DNA of 64,000 nucleotides. Source: a virus. Lineage: Duplodnaviria > Caudoviricetes. The stretch covers positions 32,001 to 96,000 of the IMG/VR virus record IMGVR_UViG_3300021255_000083; one strand, written 5' to 3'. Made by a program: the position numbers and the translations under genes. Positions 1 to 11,690 of this stretch are shown in pieces (position 1 is the first letter of the stretch; every line of letters starts with the position of its first letter). A model generated the notes under the pieces. That model was not told the DNA's origin. It did not search any database and worked only from the letters and a program-made list of their open reading frames with translations.

Positions 1-452
1 TATTTTTTAAGTGCTTCAACAAATCCATTCTCTGAAACATCTTCTAAACCCTTTAATATATCAATATTAGTTATTAAATTATCTAGAGTTAAATTATAAT
101 ATTCAAATTCCTCATCATCATCCATACCAATATCACACTCTGGACATACTTCAAATTCAACTTCTTCAGTTTCATTATAATCATATGGTTCTTGTCTATA
201 ACTATCCCAAGCATCCACATTATAAGTAACATCTTTTGTCAATGTTTTAATGCTATCTATGGGAAACACAGAATGACAGTTATCACAAACTGCCAAGTCT
301 GTAAATTCTAAATCCCACTTACAATTACATAAATCAGGAATATTATTAATAGTTAAATCATTTGATGTTAAATCATCATTTTTACCATATTTACTTTTAT
401 TATGTAATGCCTCTGTTATAGCATTTACATAAGCATCATATATATTAAACAT
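1..452 (-). CDS. Hypothetical protein with CxxC pairs; 3' end runs off the window
   Basis: ATG at 452 after a GGAGG RBS; open frame MFNIYDAYVNAITEALHNK...VCDNCHSVFP...VCPECD; not in the ORF track because it is truncated. Confidence 0.7.
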   Translation of the reverse strand, partial: MFNIYDAYVNAITEALHNKSKYGKNDDLTSNDLTINNIPDLCNCKWDLEFTDLAVCDNCHSVFPIDSIKTLTKDVTYNVDAWDSYRQEPYDYNETEEVEFEVCPECDIGMDDDEEFEYYNLTLDNLITNIDILKGLEDVSENGFVEALKK

Positions 453-463
453 AGGTATTCCTC

Positions 464-3112
464 CTATACCGTTTTTATTCTATCTTCAATAGATTGAAAT
501 TTCTCCAAACTATCTCCAGTTAATTCTACATTACCCGACATAAATGCTTTTAATGGTTTTTCGGGGTCATTTATTGTGATAACTACTTTACCTCCAGCTG
601 TACCTAACTGTATTGTACTTGTACTATCTCCATTATCAAATGTAACATCTACATCTAATCCTAAATCAGATAATGCTGTAAATAAATCTTGTGTTCTTAA
701 TACTATTTTACCAGCATTACTTTCACTATCAAATCCATCTGATTGCAAAATATCTTTTATAGTATTAGCACTTTTATTATTTACCTCTTCTAATCTTCTT
801 TGATAATTTTCTGTTATTTTATTTTTACGTACCTTTTCATATGTACCACCATAATTACCATTTATAAACCATAAGTATATACTCAATTCATCTAAATTAG
901 CCTTTAGTTGTATATTTAGATGTGATACTACATCTTTTATAGCTTTTCTCGTATCATCTTTTGATATATTTTCAAATTCTATAAAATTATGTAACTCATC
1001 CATTAATTCTTCTATTGTTGTATCTTTATTTATTTTTCTTCTAAACCCGTGACTATCAAATGCACTATAAAAATTATCAGTTATAGCTTCAATTACTTTA
1101 TCTTTTGTACGCTTATTAAAATTTGCTTTTCTATTTTTAAATGCTTCTATTTGTTTTTTCCTTCTTTCTACTTTTTTACTTTCATCAAATACGTTTTTAT
1201 TTCTCCAATCACTTAGTCTGTCATCTTTTTCTAACTCATTTAAGTAATCTCTTAATTCTCTATAATTAGTTTCCTTAAAATCTTCTAGCCAATCATAATA
1301 AACATCCTCGTTATCACCGTTTAAATCTTTTAAAGGTCTATCAAAATTAAAATTATTGTATAACTTTAATTTATCTTCATTTGTACTCACATATAAATTT
1401 AACAAGCTATTTAATTCATCATATATAGATACATATTCGTGATTATCTGTACTTTCTACTTTTTTACTTTCATCTAAATCTTCATAATCATCATCTTTTT
1501 TATCTTTAATACGCTTATTAAAATTTACATTTTTACTCTCAGTAGCAAATTCCATATTAGGTGCTAATACATCAACACCAGTCTCATCAAATATCATTTG
1601 AGCTATACCATTTCTTGCATCTTCTATACCATCTTGTTTTATTGTAGCTGGATTAAATGTTTGTCTTAATTTATTTGATAAGTCTTGGTCTACAAAGCTT
1701 AATGTGTGTACTACTGCATTTAATTGAAATGGATATTTAGCTTTACCTACTAATGACCCTATATTTGCTATTTTATTAGCTTTTTGTTCTGGTGTTAATT
1801 CTGTTTTATCTTGTTTTGCTTCTGTTTTTAATTCTCTTAAAGCTTTGCCAAAACTTACAGCTTCAACCTGTTTTATCAAGCTCTCCTTAACATTTAAATT
1901 AATTGATTTACCACCTGTAACAGCTGTTATTGGTATACCTTTTCCATATTTTTTATTTTCATTTATCGGAATAGGCTCATCTAAATAATTTATACTTATA
2001 TCATCTACAGTATACTTACTCATAGAACCCTCATTCTCCATATATTCTTTAATGGCTGCTTCTTCCGACCAATCAGCTGTAAACATTAATGGGTCACAAT
2101 CAGGTAAACTAACTTCAAATGTATATACATCATTTTCACCATCATTATGCAAATCAAAATCTAACTTACCTAATACTGTTATAAAATTATCTGCCCAACT
2201 ATATGCACTTTCTGCATCATAATCTGCAAATAATTCATCTATAGCTTGTTCTATCGTATCATTATTTCCTACCATATTTAATATATTAGATGTTGTTAAA
2301 TCCATTGCAGAATTTAAATGATATGCTTTATCTGCCATATCAACTACAGTTATTGCATCTGATGGGAAATAAAAACCATCTAATTCTGTTTTATCTTCAC
2401 CCTCATCTAACAAATCTCTAAGGTCGTTAAATGCATTTTTAATTTCAGGTGTAATTGATTTTACTATTCTATCTCTATATTCCCTTTTTAATTCTGCTTG
2501 TTCCTTATTATATGTATCTACATCATAATCCTCAGTTTTTTTATCACCAAATATATGTTTAAAATTATCCATATCATCTAATGCATCTTTTTCACTAATT
2601 TCTAGTCCATTAGCATTATAATATTTATTATCAATCTTATATAAATCATATGGAGTTGCTTGTCCACCTACTATACCTTTACCAATATAATATTTTTGTT
2701 TATCATCATCTGATAAATTTATCATATTTTCAGTCTTTTTTGTTTTAGCTTCAACCTTTTTTGATTGTGGAAATTGAACAGAATTTTCATAGGCTTTAAT
2801 ATTATCTACAACAGGCTTTGGTTCAAATTTAGTTACCAAATTATCTCTAAAATCTAATCTAAATTCTGCTATTTGGTCATTCTTCCACAACTCAACAGCA
2901 TCAATTATATCAATGGCTCCATCACCAATTAAACTATTTACTTCTTTTTCAATTTTTTTAATTGTTTTTTCAGTAGGGTCGCCAAATTCATCTAGCTCAT
3001 AATAACTAGATGCTTCTTGATATGTTGGGTCTGTTTTTTGTGTAAACCATAAATCATCTCTATTTAATGTATCTAACACTAGTTCTATTATATTTATGTT
3101 TTCTTCATCCAT
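464..3112 (-). CDS. Large acidic protein, probable virion/internal head protein with repeated ESKKVE-like motifs
   Basis: 882-aa ORF, RBS AAGGAG, repeated (E/Q)SKKVE and KKTE motifs; function is inference. Confidence 0.5.
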   Translation of the reverse strand: MDEENINIIELVLDTLNRDDLWFTQKTDPTYQEASSYYELDEFGDPTEKTIKKIEKEVNSLIGDGAIDIIDAVELWKNDQIAEFRLDFRDNLVTKFEPKPVVDNIKAYENSVQFPQSKKVEAKTKKTENMINLSDDDKQKYYIGKGIVGGQATPYDLYKIDNKYYNANGLEISEKDALDDMDNFKHIFGDKKTEDYDVDTYNKEQAELKREYRDRIVKSITPEIKNAFNDLRDLLDEGEDKTELDGFYFPSDAITVVDMADKAYHLNSAMDLTTSNILNMVGNNDTIEQAIDELFADYDAESAYSWADNFITVLGKLDFDLHNDGENDVYTFEVSLPDCDPLMFTADWSEEAAIKEYMENEGSMSKYTVDDISINYLDEPIPINENKKYGKGIPITAVTGGKSINLNVKESLIKQVEAVSFGKALRELKTEAKQDKTELTPEQKANKIANIGSLVGKAKYPFQLNAVVHTLSFVDQDLSNKLRQTFNPATIKQDGIEDARNGIAQMIFDETGVDVLAPNMEFATESKNVNFNKRIKDKKDDDYEDLDESKKVESTDNHEYVSIYDELNSLLNLYVSTNEDKLKLYNNFNFDRPLKDLNGDNEDVYYDWLEDFKETNYRELRDYLNELEKDDRLSDWRNKNVFDESKKVERRKKQIEAFKNRKANFNKRTKDKVIEAITDNFYSAFDSHGFRRKINKDTTIEELMDELHNFIEFENISKDDTRKAIKDVVSHLNIQLKANLDELSIYLWFINGNYGGTYEKVRKNKITENYQRRLEEVNNKSANTIKDILQSDGFDSESNAGKIVLRTQDLFTALSDLGLDVDVTFDNGDSTSTIQLGTAGGKVVITINDPEKPLKAFMSGNVELTGDSLEKFQSIEDRIKTV

Positions 3113-3284
3113 TATGATACTCTCCTTTACATACTTTATTTACTCAATAATATTTTACTTATTCTAAAAGGAGATACTGACATTTCTGTTGGTATCTCCT
3201 TCACAAGGTATATGATAGAATTATTGAGTAGTGTTCCTACTCAATAATATTTTACGATACCTTTTTATATAAACATATAACAAT

Positions 3285-4886
3285 CTATACCTTAAAATAT
3301 TTTTCATCTTTACCATCTGACCAATAATAAGACCTTTCAGTTTTAGTATTCCATACTTCCACACTTGCAAAATTATTCTTATCTAATATACGTTTTGCTA
3401 CAGCAATTGCATTGTCTATATCATTCTCTGAATAATATTCATATATTTCTCCCATACCATTATCTCTATCATCTTCGGTTTCCCAATATTCCACTACAAC
3501 TGGTGCTTCTTCATCTTCATCTTCTGTTTTTATCTGTTTACTTTCTATTTTACCTCTTGTACTATTTTTATAATCTATGCCAGCTAACTGTTCTATCTTT
3601 AAATGTATTTCTTCCCATAAATCATCTGAACCATTTACTAACTCATCAACTATTTCTTTTATCTTAGCTTCATTATCTATAACATTTAATGCTTGTACTC
3701 CTACCGCATCATTAGGATTATCATCTATTAATGCTTGTAACCAGTATTTAACTTCTGTAGTAAATGCTTTTTCTAATTCTGTTGTTCCCTGTTCATACAT
3801 ATTATTTAATTTTTCTACATCTTCAACTTTCTTACTTTCTTCATTTTTCAATTTCCAGTTGCCACTCATACTTCTTAATTCCATTACCATACGTTGCTCT
3901 GGTGTTACTCCCATTTTACTATTTTCTCTATTAACAAATTCCTCAGTATCTTCAATATCATCAAAATCAGTCTCGTAATAACCATTCTCACCTTTTTTAA
4001 TTATTATTATTGACTTATCAGATGGTAGTAATCCATAACAAATATCAGGTAAATCTGAGTATTTCATATTTAATACTTTTTCTTTATCTATTGCTTCTAC
4101 TTTTTTACTTTCTGTTACTTTACCATATGTATCATCTATATAACTTTTTATATATTCTTCTAAGTTATCGTTCTTTAATGATATGTTTTCTAAATAGTCC
4201 CCATTTTTATAATCTTTCATAGATTTATATATAGTTACTATAGTTTCATTTTCATTATCATAATTTGGTTCATCTACTTCAGCTACGTAACCTTTATATT
4301 GTATAATATCTTGTTGGCTTAAACTTTCTGTTTTTTCATCATATTCTCCAGCATATATTTCATCTGCTTTTTTTGATATATAATTTATTAATTCTTTTCT
4401 ATTAATTTCAGGGTACTCTTGCATTATCGCATATGCTGTCTCTCGTTTATTAGTATCTTTATCTTGTTTATCTACTTTTCTAGCTGTTTGTATCATTTCA
4501 TATATTTCCATTTGTATATCTTCTAATTTAGCTTCTGTCTTTTTACTCTCTGTTTTAGGTTCACCAAAAGGTAAATCAATTAAATCCCAATTATCATCAT
4601 ATACTGAATGACCTATAAAACTTTGTTTAAAATATGCTTCACCTCTAGTCCCACACTTATCGCAAGTCCAACTACAATATGATACACTATCACCATTTTC
4701 ATTTTGACCACCATATTCAACTGGCTCATAATGTAAATGTGCGTTACATATTGGACACCAACCATCTTGATTATCAAAATATTTAATACCTTGATATTCT
4801 CTATCAGGTGTTACATCTTCTTCTATTTTAGTTCCATTTAGCATTGCCCTCATAGTTGCCTCTTGTAAATCTATATTCTTTTTCAT
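3285..4886 (-). CDS. Acidic modular protein with a zinc ribbon and repeated ESKK(V/T)E motifs; probable internal head protein
   Basis: 533-aa ORF; CPIC...CDKC; TESKKTE, TESKKVE, EESKKVE. Confidence 0.5.
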   Translation of the reverse strand: MKKNIDLQEATMRAMLNGTKIEEDVTPDREYQGIKYFDNQDGWCPICNAHLHYEPVEYGGQNENGDSVSYCSWTCDKCGTRGEAYFKQSFIGHSVYDDNWDLIDLPFGEPKTESKKTEAKLEDIQMEIYEMIQTARKVDKQDKDTNKRETAYAIMQEYPEINRKELINYISKKADEIYAGEYDEKTESLSQQDIIQYKGYVAEVDEPNYDNENETIVTIYKSMKDYKNGDYLENISLKNDNLEEYIKSYIDDTYGKVTESKKVEAIDKEKVLNMKYSDLPDICYGLLPSDKSIIIIKKGENGYYETDFDDIEDTEEFVNRENSKMGVTPEQRMVMELRSMSGNWKLKNEESKKVEDVEKLNNMYEQGTTELEKAFTTEVKYWLQALIDDNPNDAVGVQALNVIDNEAKIKEIVDELVNGSDDLWEEIHLKIEQLAGIDYKNSTRGKIESKQIKTEDEDEEAPVVVEYWETEDDRDNGMGEIYEYYSENDIDNAIAVAKRILDKNNFASVEVWNTKTERSYYWSDGKDEKYFKV

Positions 4887-4894
4887 AATTTTAC

Positions 4895-6022
4895 CTACCT
4901 TTCAAAATCATCCTTTTTTCGACTTAATTCTTCTTTTAGTCTATGATTTTCCACCAATACCTTTTCTATAGCACTATATTCAGCTTGTAATTTATTTATT
5001 GTTTCTAATATTTCAGCACGCCTATCTAATAGACACCTTACTACAGGGTCTTTTACTATTGCGTTTTTACTTTTATTTTCTTCCATCTCTATACCTACCT
5101 CATTTTATTAAAATTAACCTAATATTATTGTTGCATCCTCACTTGCTATACGCTCATCTAATTCATCGATAATACCCCACTCTGTTGGTACACCTTGGTT
5201 TATCATACTTTGAGTAATTTCTTCTGGTGTCTGAAACTCATACCATAAATAATGATAACCATTACCTTCATCATCATTTGAAATCATAATAACTCTATCA
5301 CCATTGCCCTTAGCTATTTGCTTATTACAAGCATCTGCTAGTTCTTTAACTGTTAAAGGTCTATTCATTTTTCTCACCTACCTATTCAGCTTATTTACCC
5401 AATCACACAACCACGCAGCTAATTTACCATTAACTGTTTTTGGATATTGTTTCATCATATAATTCAATTTTACTGTAAATTCCATATTTAAAAAATTATA
5501 ACCTACTACATATGTCTGGTCCTTACAAAAACCTAATTTTATCCATTGACCTCTATTTCCGAAATAAACCATTATATAATCATTACTTTGTCTCGCATTT
5601 CTTACTTTAGGCTCAATATCATTTATATTTATTCTATCTTTATGAGGTACAGTTATTATTTGTTTCATAACTTCACCTCCCTATTCTTCTACATTAACAT
5701 CTGTAATTACTATGATGCCCTCATCCATATCAACTATATCATAATTTATTACATATGTATTGTCATCATCATCTACTAATAATTCTTGTGTATCATCTAA
5801 ATCCATATTATATAAATCTGATGTCATTAAAAATACCTTATTATATCTTGCAAATAAACTTTGTAATAATGCATTTAGTTCTCCTACAGACATACTTTGT
5901 CCTATTCTATCTTGTAACATTTCTAATAAATCATCGGTATTTTCTTTTTCTGCATTAACTTCTTTATCATTTTCAATATCTTCTACATCTACATCCTCTA
6001 ACTCTTCATAATCATCTTGCAT
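4895..6022 (-). CDS. Four small hypothetical proteins (4895-5086, 5114-5377, 5378-5668, 5681-6022)
   Basis: Tightly packed ORFs with GGAGG/AGGT-type RBS; no recognisable motifs. Confidence 0.6.
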
Positions 6023-6091
6023 TGAGTACTACCCCCTTTATACTTTATACCGTACCTAGTAATATTTTACAATAATAAATATAACTAATTT

Positions 6092-8947
6092 TTAAAATAA
6101 AGAATTATGCCCTTCAGCATCTTTTTTATGAAATACTATACCCATTCTTTCAATATAATCTAATGCTCTAGAACTTTCATCAGCATCTATAACTATATCA
6201 GACATAGCACCTTTCCCGCTTAACATATTTCGTATTTCCTCATCATATGTATCGGCTATATATAAGTTTATAACTTGCACAGTATGCTTTTGACCTATTC
6301 TGTGACAATTATGTACTGGTAAATTACCGACCATATAACACTCATCATCTTCTACTGAAATGTCATATAATATCATATTATTGTGAACTTTAGTTGAATA
6401 TGTCTTTATATTCTTTATTTTACCCACACGTATATCCCTATCTTTTCTCGGGTTATCTATTCCAATTTGTGTAAACTCTATAATATATTCTCGTTTTGCT
6501 CCTTGTTCGTATAAAAATCTCGTTCTAAATGATGCCTTATAGCCAAGTCTATAACATAAATACCATATACCTGTTGCAATAGCAGGTGTTGTTGTAACAT
6601 AACTATAATGTGTACTTTGATTTATATTATCACACATTTGTGTATGCCCGTCACTACGCATCAAACCCTCTAAAAAACTGTGCATTAAAACAGAATTTAA
6701 ATTAAATACCCACATTGGTATATATTTCTCTTCCCCAATTCTGCCAAAATTCATTTCAATAAAACGGGCTAGTGGTTCACATCTAACATTTAATTGTCTA
6801 CCTAAATTACCATCTCTAGGTACATCTATATTCATTGTTGCATTTGTAATTGTATGTATATAAGATTGTATCCTATCTAAAGCCGTCTGTTTTGTAGTAC
6901 AATTACCACAAAAACCAATTCTTTTTAAATCACTTGTTATGAAGCCATCGCCTAAATAAAATCCTAACAAAAACATCAATTCCTCTGTAACAGGTATTTC
7001 TGTATAATACATATACGTATCAGATGTATCTTTTACTTTACCTTGTGAATTACGTGTTTTATAACTTGCTTCAATATAAGGTAACATATCAATAGTTTTA
7101 TCTTCACCAAAATCACTATCTACTGCTGGAATACTCCAAACACTATCACCTTTCTTCAAGTCTTTTGCCATTACCCAATCACCATTACTAGTCAATATCT
7201 TGTGGTCATCTGTACATTTTATAGCAAACTCCTCACCTAAACCAAATAACTCAATATTAACCATAGACCTACTATTCTCTACAGGTATCTGATGTGTATC
7301 AACAACTCTTTTTATATTACCATAGGGTGTATATACATAATCATTAATCTTAATATCTTGTATGTATTTTGGTCCCTTTGTAGTCATTACAATTGTATTA
7401 CGAGCAAAACATCTATCGCAACATTGGTCATAATTTGCTCTATTCCAAGGAGGAGATAAAAACACAACTATCTCTGTATTAACTAAAGTAAATCCAGCTC
7501 CCAGTGTAGCTTCTTGTGCAAATATACAACTAAATCCTTCTGTATTTTCGTGTTCATCTATAACTTCTTGCACTCTAGCTCCCATTCCACCTTTTATTAA
7601 CTTAGGATGATATTCCTTACAATATTCCAATCCTAACTCAAGAGCTTGTGTAAACGGGCAAAATACTAATACCTTTTGACCATTTATTTTTGCTTCTTCT
7701 AATATATCATTTAATCTATCAAACTTAGTACTTTTAAAATGTGTTGATGATACCAAATCAGTCGAAACAGTAATCTGTCTCATTCTTGTAATCATCGCTA
7801 CTGTATCGAATACAGGCTCTATTTTATCTAAATATCTTCCACCATAATCACCGTGCATTAAATCATCCATTACTTTCCATTCATCAGTAGAAAATTCTAA
7901 AACTTCATCCTTTAATAATTTTTCAGGTAAATCTAACAAATCTTTAGTTCTTCGTATACTACTTCTATATAATATATTATGTAATTCATCCATATTTTGA
8001 TATCCTACAGGTCTACCCCAGTCATCCTTAATAACAAACTTTTTATCAAATAACCATTTATTATAATTTATTAATCCTACAAAACTCATTGGACAATATA
8101 AATCTAATGGATTATTTACTAACAATGTACCTGTCATAGCAACTTTACTTGCTTTACTATTAAATGCCATTATACCTTTTGCAGTACTACTTGTTATAGA
8201 TTTTGATTTATGTACCTCATCTATAACTATCATACCAAGTTCTCCTGCTTCTATCAATTTATTAAAGTGATGTACAACTCCATCTTTAGCCTTTTTATCT
8301 TCATCATTTAACCTAATACGTTCTATATTCATAACCCAAAAAAATTCTTCAGGTACATTATCTATTTGTTGTTTCATCTCTTCTACAGTAGTTGATACTA
8401 CTTTACCCTTACTATTAACTCTAGTACCTAGCACCACCGCTCTTTCATCTTTACAAAATTTTTCAACTTCTCTTTGCCAGTTAAACTTTAAAGAATTAAC
8501 TCCACATATTATTAAACAATGTTTTAAACCCTGATGTAACTTTTTATATCTAGCTAATGTTATAATTTGTAATGTTTTTCCAAGCCCTTGTTCGTCTAAC
8601 AACAAAAAATTATGATGATTTAGCCCATATCGAACACCATCTAATTGGTAATCATATAGATTATATCCATTAAAATCCATACCATTTAATATATCATCAG
8701 AAGTCACAACTTTTGCTTTTGGTGGATTATTTATATAACATATTTGGGTATCATTATATAATTGTTTTATTTCTTCCCAACAACTAAATGGTACTTCCCA
8801 CTCTTTATTCTCTGGTAAATATTTTCTATTCCAATAATTCTTTATTCTATCAACATTCTGCTTAAAATCACCACCACTAAATCTTAAAAACAAACTATTA
8901 CTATCTAGTGATTGTGTTTCAGCCATACCAAATTCTATTATAACCAT
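6092..8947 (-). CDS. SNF2-family (SF2) helicase containing an intein
   Basis: LYDYQ Q-motif, DEQGLGKT Walker A, DEVH motif II, MTGT motif III; motif VI QCCDR|CHRIGQ is split by the intein. Confidence 0.92.
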   Translation of the reverse strand: MVIIEFGMAETQSLDSNSLFLRFSGGDFKQNVDRIKNYWNRKYLPENKEWEVPFSCWEEIKQLYNDTQICYINNPPKAKVVTSDDILNGMDFNGYNLYDYQLDGVRYGLNHHNFLLLDEQGLGKTLQIITLARYKKLHQGLKHCLIICGVNSLKFNWQREVEKFCKDERAVVLGTRVNSKGKVVSTTVEEMKQQIDNVPEEFFWVMNIERIRLNDEDKKAKDGVVHHFNKLIEAGELGMIVIDEVHKSKSITSSTAKGIMAFNSKASKVAMTGTLLVNNPLDLYCPMSFVGLINYNKWLFDKKFVIKDDWGRPVGYQNMDELHNILYRSSIRRTKDLLDLPEKLLKDEVLEFSTDEWKVMDDLMHGDYGGRYLDKIEPVFDTVAMITRMRQITVSTDLVSSTHFKSTKFDRLNDILEEAKINGQKVLVFCPFTQALELGLEYCKEYHPKLIKGGMGARVQEVIDEHENTEGFSCIFAQEATLGAGFTLVNTEIVVFLSPPWNRANYDQCCDRCFARNTIVMTTKGPKYIQDIKINDYVYTPYGNIKRVVDTHQIPVENSRSMVNIELFGLGEEFAIKCTDDHKILTSNGDWVMAKDLKKGDSVWSIPAVDSDFGEDKTIDMLPYIEASYKTRNSQGKVKDTSDTYMYYTEIPVTEELMFLLGFYLGDGFITSDLKRIGFCGNCTTKQTALDRIQSYIHTITNATMNIDVPRDGNLGRQLNVRCEPLARFIEMNFGRIGEEKYIPMWVFNLNSVLMHSFLEGLMRSDGHTQMCDNINQSTHYSYVTTTPAIATGIWYLCYRLGYKASFRTRFLYEQGAKREYIIEFTQIGIDNPRKDRDIRVGKIKNIKTYSTKVHNNMILYDISVEDDECYMVGNLPVHNCHRIGQKHTVQVINLYIADTYDEEIRNMLSGKGAMSDIVIDADESSRALDYIERMGIVFHKKDAEGHNSLF
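6308..7411 (-). mobile_element. Intein (368 aa) with LAGLIDADG homing endonuclease
   Basis: Begins CFARNTIVMT, has block B CTDDHKI and LAGLIDADG motifs FLLGFYLGDG and FLEGLMRSDG, ends VHN followed by +1 Cys. Confidence 0.93.
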
Positions 8948-8969
8948 AAACTTACCTCGTTTCGTGCAT

Positions 8970-8998
8970 ATTATATCATAATTTATAAAATATGTAAA
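8970..8998 (-). promoter_or_regulatory. Sigma-A-type promoter upstream of the helicase
   Basis: TTTACA-17 bp-TATAAT with TGn extended -10. Confidence 0.65.
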
Positions 8999-9030
8999 TA
9001 TATTTTTTACATTAATAAAAAGAGTTTATT

Positions 9031-10994
9031 TTAGTTAAACTCTTTTTCTCCATCTACTAACTTTGTTTCACCATCCACTAACTTTGTTATATGTGGAAGT
9101 TCTATTGGAGCCTTTGCATCTTTATTTTTCATCTTATCTAAAAGTTCTTGATACAATTTACTTGCCTTATCCTTACCATACCTTACAATAGTTCGACCTT
9201 TTCTAAAATGTCTCTTATCATAATAACTATACTCAAAATTATATATCTCTATCATATAAATCCACCTCTATTAATATTTTACACATTAGAAAAAGCTATA
9301 GATTATCTATAGCTTTTATTGCAATATATATTTATCTTTACTTATAAAATAATAAATCGTTTCCCCATTTTCCCATTCATCTTTATATGTTTTCATCAAC
9401 TTAACATCTATCATACTTTTTATATACTCATATGACTGCTTTTCTACTCTATTTTTTAAATATATTATTAAGCTATCTTTCACATACTTAGCAAACTTTC
9501 TCATTTCTGATGAATTTAATTTATCAGCATCATAAAACACTTTTTTAAATAAATCTTCCATTTCTATTCTTGCATCACGCCATTTAGCATTATCTGTAAT
9601 ATCATTTAAACAACAATAATAGTTATTAAACTTAAACCAATCAAAGAAATTTTCAAAATAGCTACCAAAATCATTATCATAAAACTTAACTCTGATAATC
9701 ATATTATTCACCACCCTCTAAAAAATTTATTTCCGCTTGTGATAATTGCTCTATAGCATCATTATAATAACTTATATATCTATCTCCACATACAGCCTCC
9801 TTCATTTTAGCATATAATTCTCTAGCATTATTGGAATTTTTATTTTCTAGAGCTTGTTTAATTTTAACAACCTGCACTTCAAAATACTTTTTAATATCAT
9901 TTTTACTTCTAGCATATAACTTATCATATTTTCGTATATCCATAATCCTACTAGATGTCTTTTCTTTATATCTACTATAATTATTTAAAAGTACAAGTAA
10001 TTTCTCAGTTAATTTATCTAATTCAACTCTATCTTCAGCATCTAAGTTATATCTTATTTTATTTAAAAATTTAATATCATTATGTGTAATATACTTTGGT
10101 TGTTTCATATAAACCACTCCTTTCTATGTATCTGACTTTTTATTTAACTCTTTTTGTTTCTTAATACAATCTTTTATGTTTGATGATTTATATACTATGT
10201 TCTTACAAGGTAATCCACCTATAGGTTTCATCTCAAAATATACTATATATTCATCATCCATTTGATAGGGTTCATATTTAGGTGAAAATCCGATTTTATA
10301 TCTAGCCATCTTCAACCACCTCTTTCATTAAATCTTCTTCAATCACCTTCCTATGGTCAACACCTAAAATTTGTTTAACTTCCTCTGGGTCAAATAAATA
10401 AAATATCTGTAATACATTACCATCAGCATAATTAGAATAATCTGCCTCAGCCACATCATAATATTTATTATTATATATTCTGTGATATATAGTATAATCT
10501 TTGTCTGCAAGATTTACTATTGAAAATCCATCACCTTTACCATACACAATAATTGTTTCAGCTTGTTCCTGTGTTATTCTTTTAAACTTCATAATAACCA
10601 CCCCCTATTTATCTTCTATTTTTATACTACCCTTAACAGCTTGTTCAACCACAACTTTTTGATATATCTTAGATGTAGGTTTAAAATTTTCATAAAACAA
10701 TTTTGTATCAATTACTGTTTTAGTATAATCCTTTTTAGTTATAACCTTTACTGATTTGTCCTCTAGTGTAGTTTTACCCTCATCTTGCATAGCTACTCTC
10801 AATGGTTCTAAACATTCTTTAATTGATTTATTTTGTTCATTTAATTGTGTTAATACATCTAAATATTCTGCTAACAATTTACTATCTTTAGCTTGAGCTT
10901 CAATCTCAGCCTTTTTCTGCTCTAATTTTACTTTGTCTCTTTCCTTTTTACTTAACTTTTTAAATAACTTTTCAGCTAATGTTAATTCTTTCAT
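9031..10994 (-). CDS. Cluster of six small hypothetical proteins (9031-9255, 9316-9714, 9704-10117, 10124-10315, 10302-10601, 10605-10994)
   Basis: Packed ORFs with RBS; 9031-9255 ends in a 21-bp tandem duplication (TKLVDGE x2). Confidence 0.6.
9290..9317. terminator. Intrinsic terminator (probably bidirectional)
   Basis: AAAAGCTATAGA-TTA-TCTATAGCTTTT inverted repeat flanked by A/T runs. Confidence 0.6.
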
Positions 10995-11010
10995 ATCATA
11001 TACCTCCTTA

Positions 11011-11505
11011 TTATAATAAATTATCTAGTTCATCACCAAATCTGCTTATAATATCATCTTTTTCATTTTCATAATCTTCTTTTTCAGTATCAGCTGCATC
11101 TTCATCTGGTTCCTCTAATTGCTCATAATCATCATAAATAGAATTTAATTCATCTAAAACTTCTGTAACTGTATCTGTTCTCTCTTCTACCAAACTACCA
11201 CTTGCTAATTGTTCTGGCATATTATCAAACTTACTCTGTAAATCATCTAATAAGTCTTCTACATTTGATATTGTTCCCTCCATATCTTGATACTTATACC
11301 AATCATCTTGTATATCGTATACTTGACCTGTATACTCAGAACTTTCCCATCTACTTCTAGGTGCGTTTAGAAAACACTCTGTATGCACTTTCCATTTAGA
11401 ATAATAATTCCACACATTTACATACTCCACACCCTTTTCTATTTTCTCTCCGCACACATCACAAGTATACTCTTTTCTTGATACTACTCTTTTATTCCTA
11501 GCCAT
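11011..11505 (-). CDS. Hypothetical early protein with CxxC...HxxC zinc finger (true start MARNK at 11505)
   Basis: GGAGG RBS before ATG 11505; the longer predicted ORF starts inside the promoter. Confidence 0.65.
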   Translation of the reverse strand: MARNKRVVSRKEYTCDVCGEKIEKGVEYVNVWNYYSKWKVHTECFLNAPRSRWESSEYTGQVYDIQDDWYKYQDMEGTISNVEDLLDDLQSKFDNMPEQLASGSLVEERTDTVTEVLDELNSIYDDYEQLEEPDEDAADTEKEDYENEKDDIISRFGDELDNLL

Positions 11506-11581
11506 ATGATTACCTCCCTCCGAAAAATGTTCTATTATCATTTCACAATTCCCATATGTTTTACATAATTCCCCTATTATC

Positions 11582-11610
11582 ATTATACCATATTTTTCGG
11601 TTTTTGTCAA
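11582..11610 (-). promoter_or_regulatory. Consensus sigma-A (early) promoter
   Basis: TTGACA-17 bp-TATAAT with TGn extension. Confidence 0.85.
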
Positions 11611-11690
11611 CCATTTTTACTTGTTTATAGGTGTTTTAAAAATAAGTAAATAATAAAATTTAATAAAAATATAGGGTATATATTAATACC

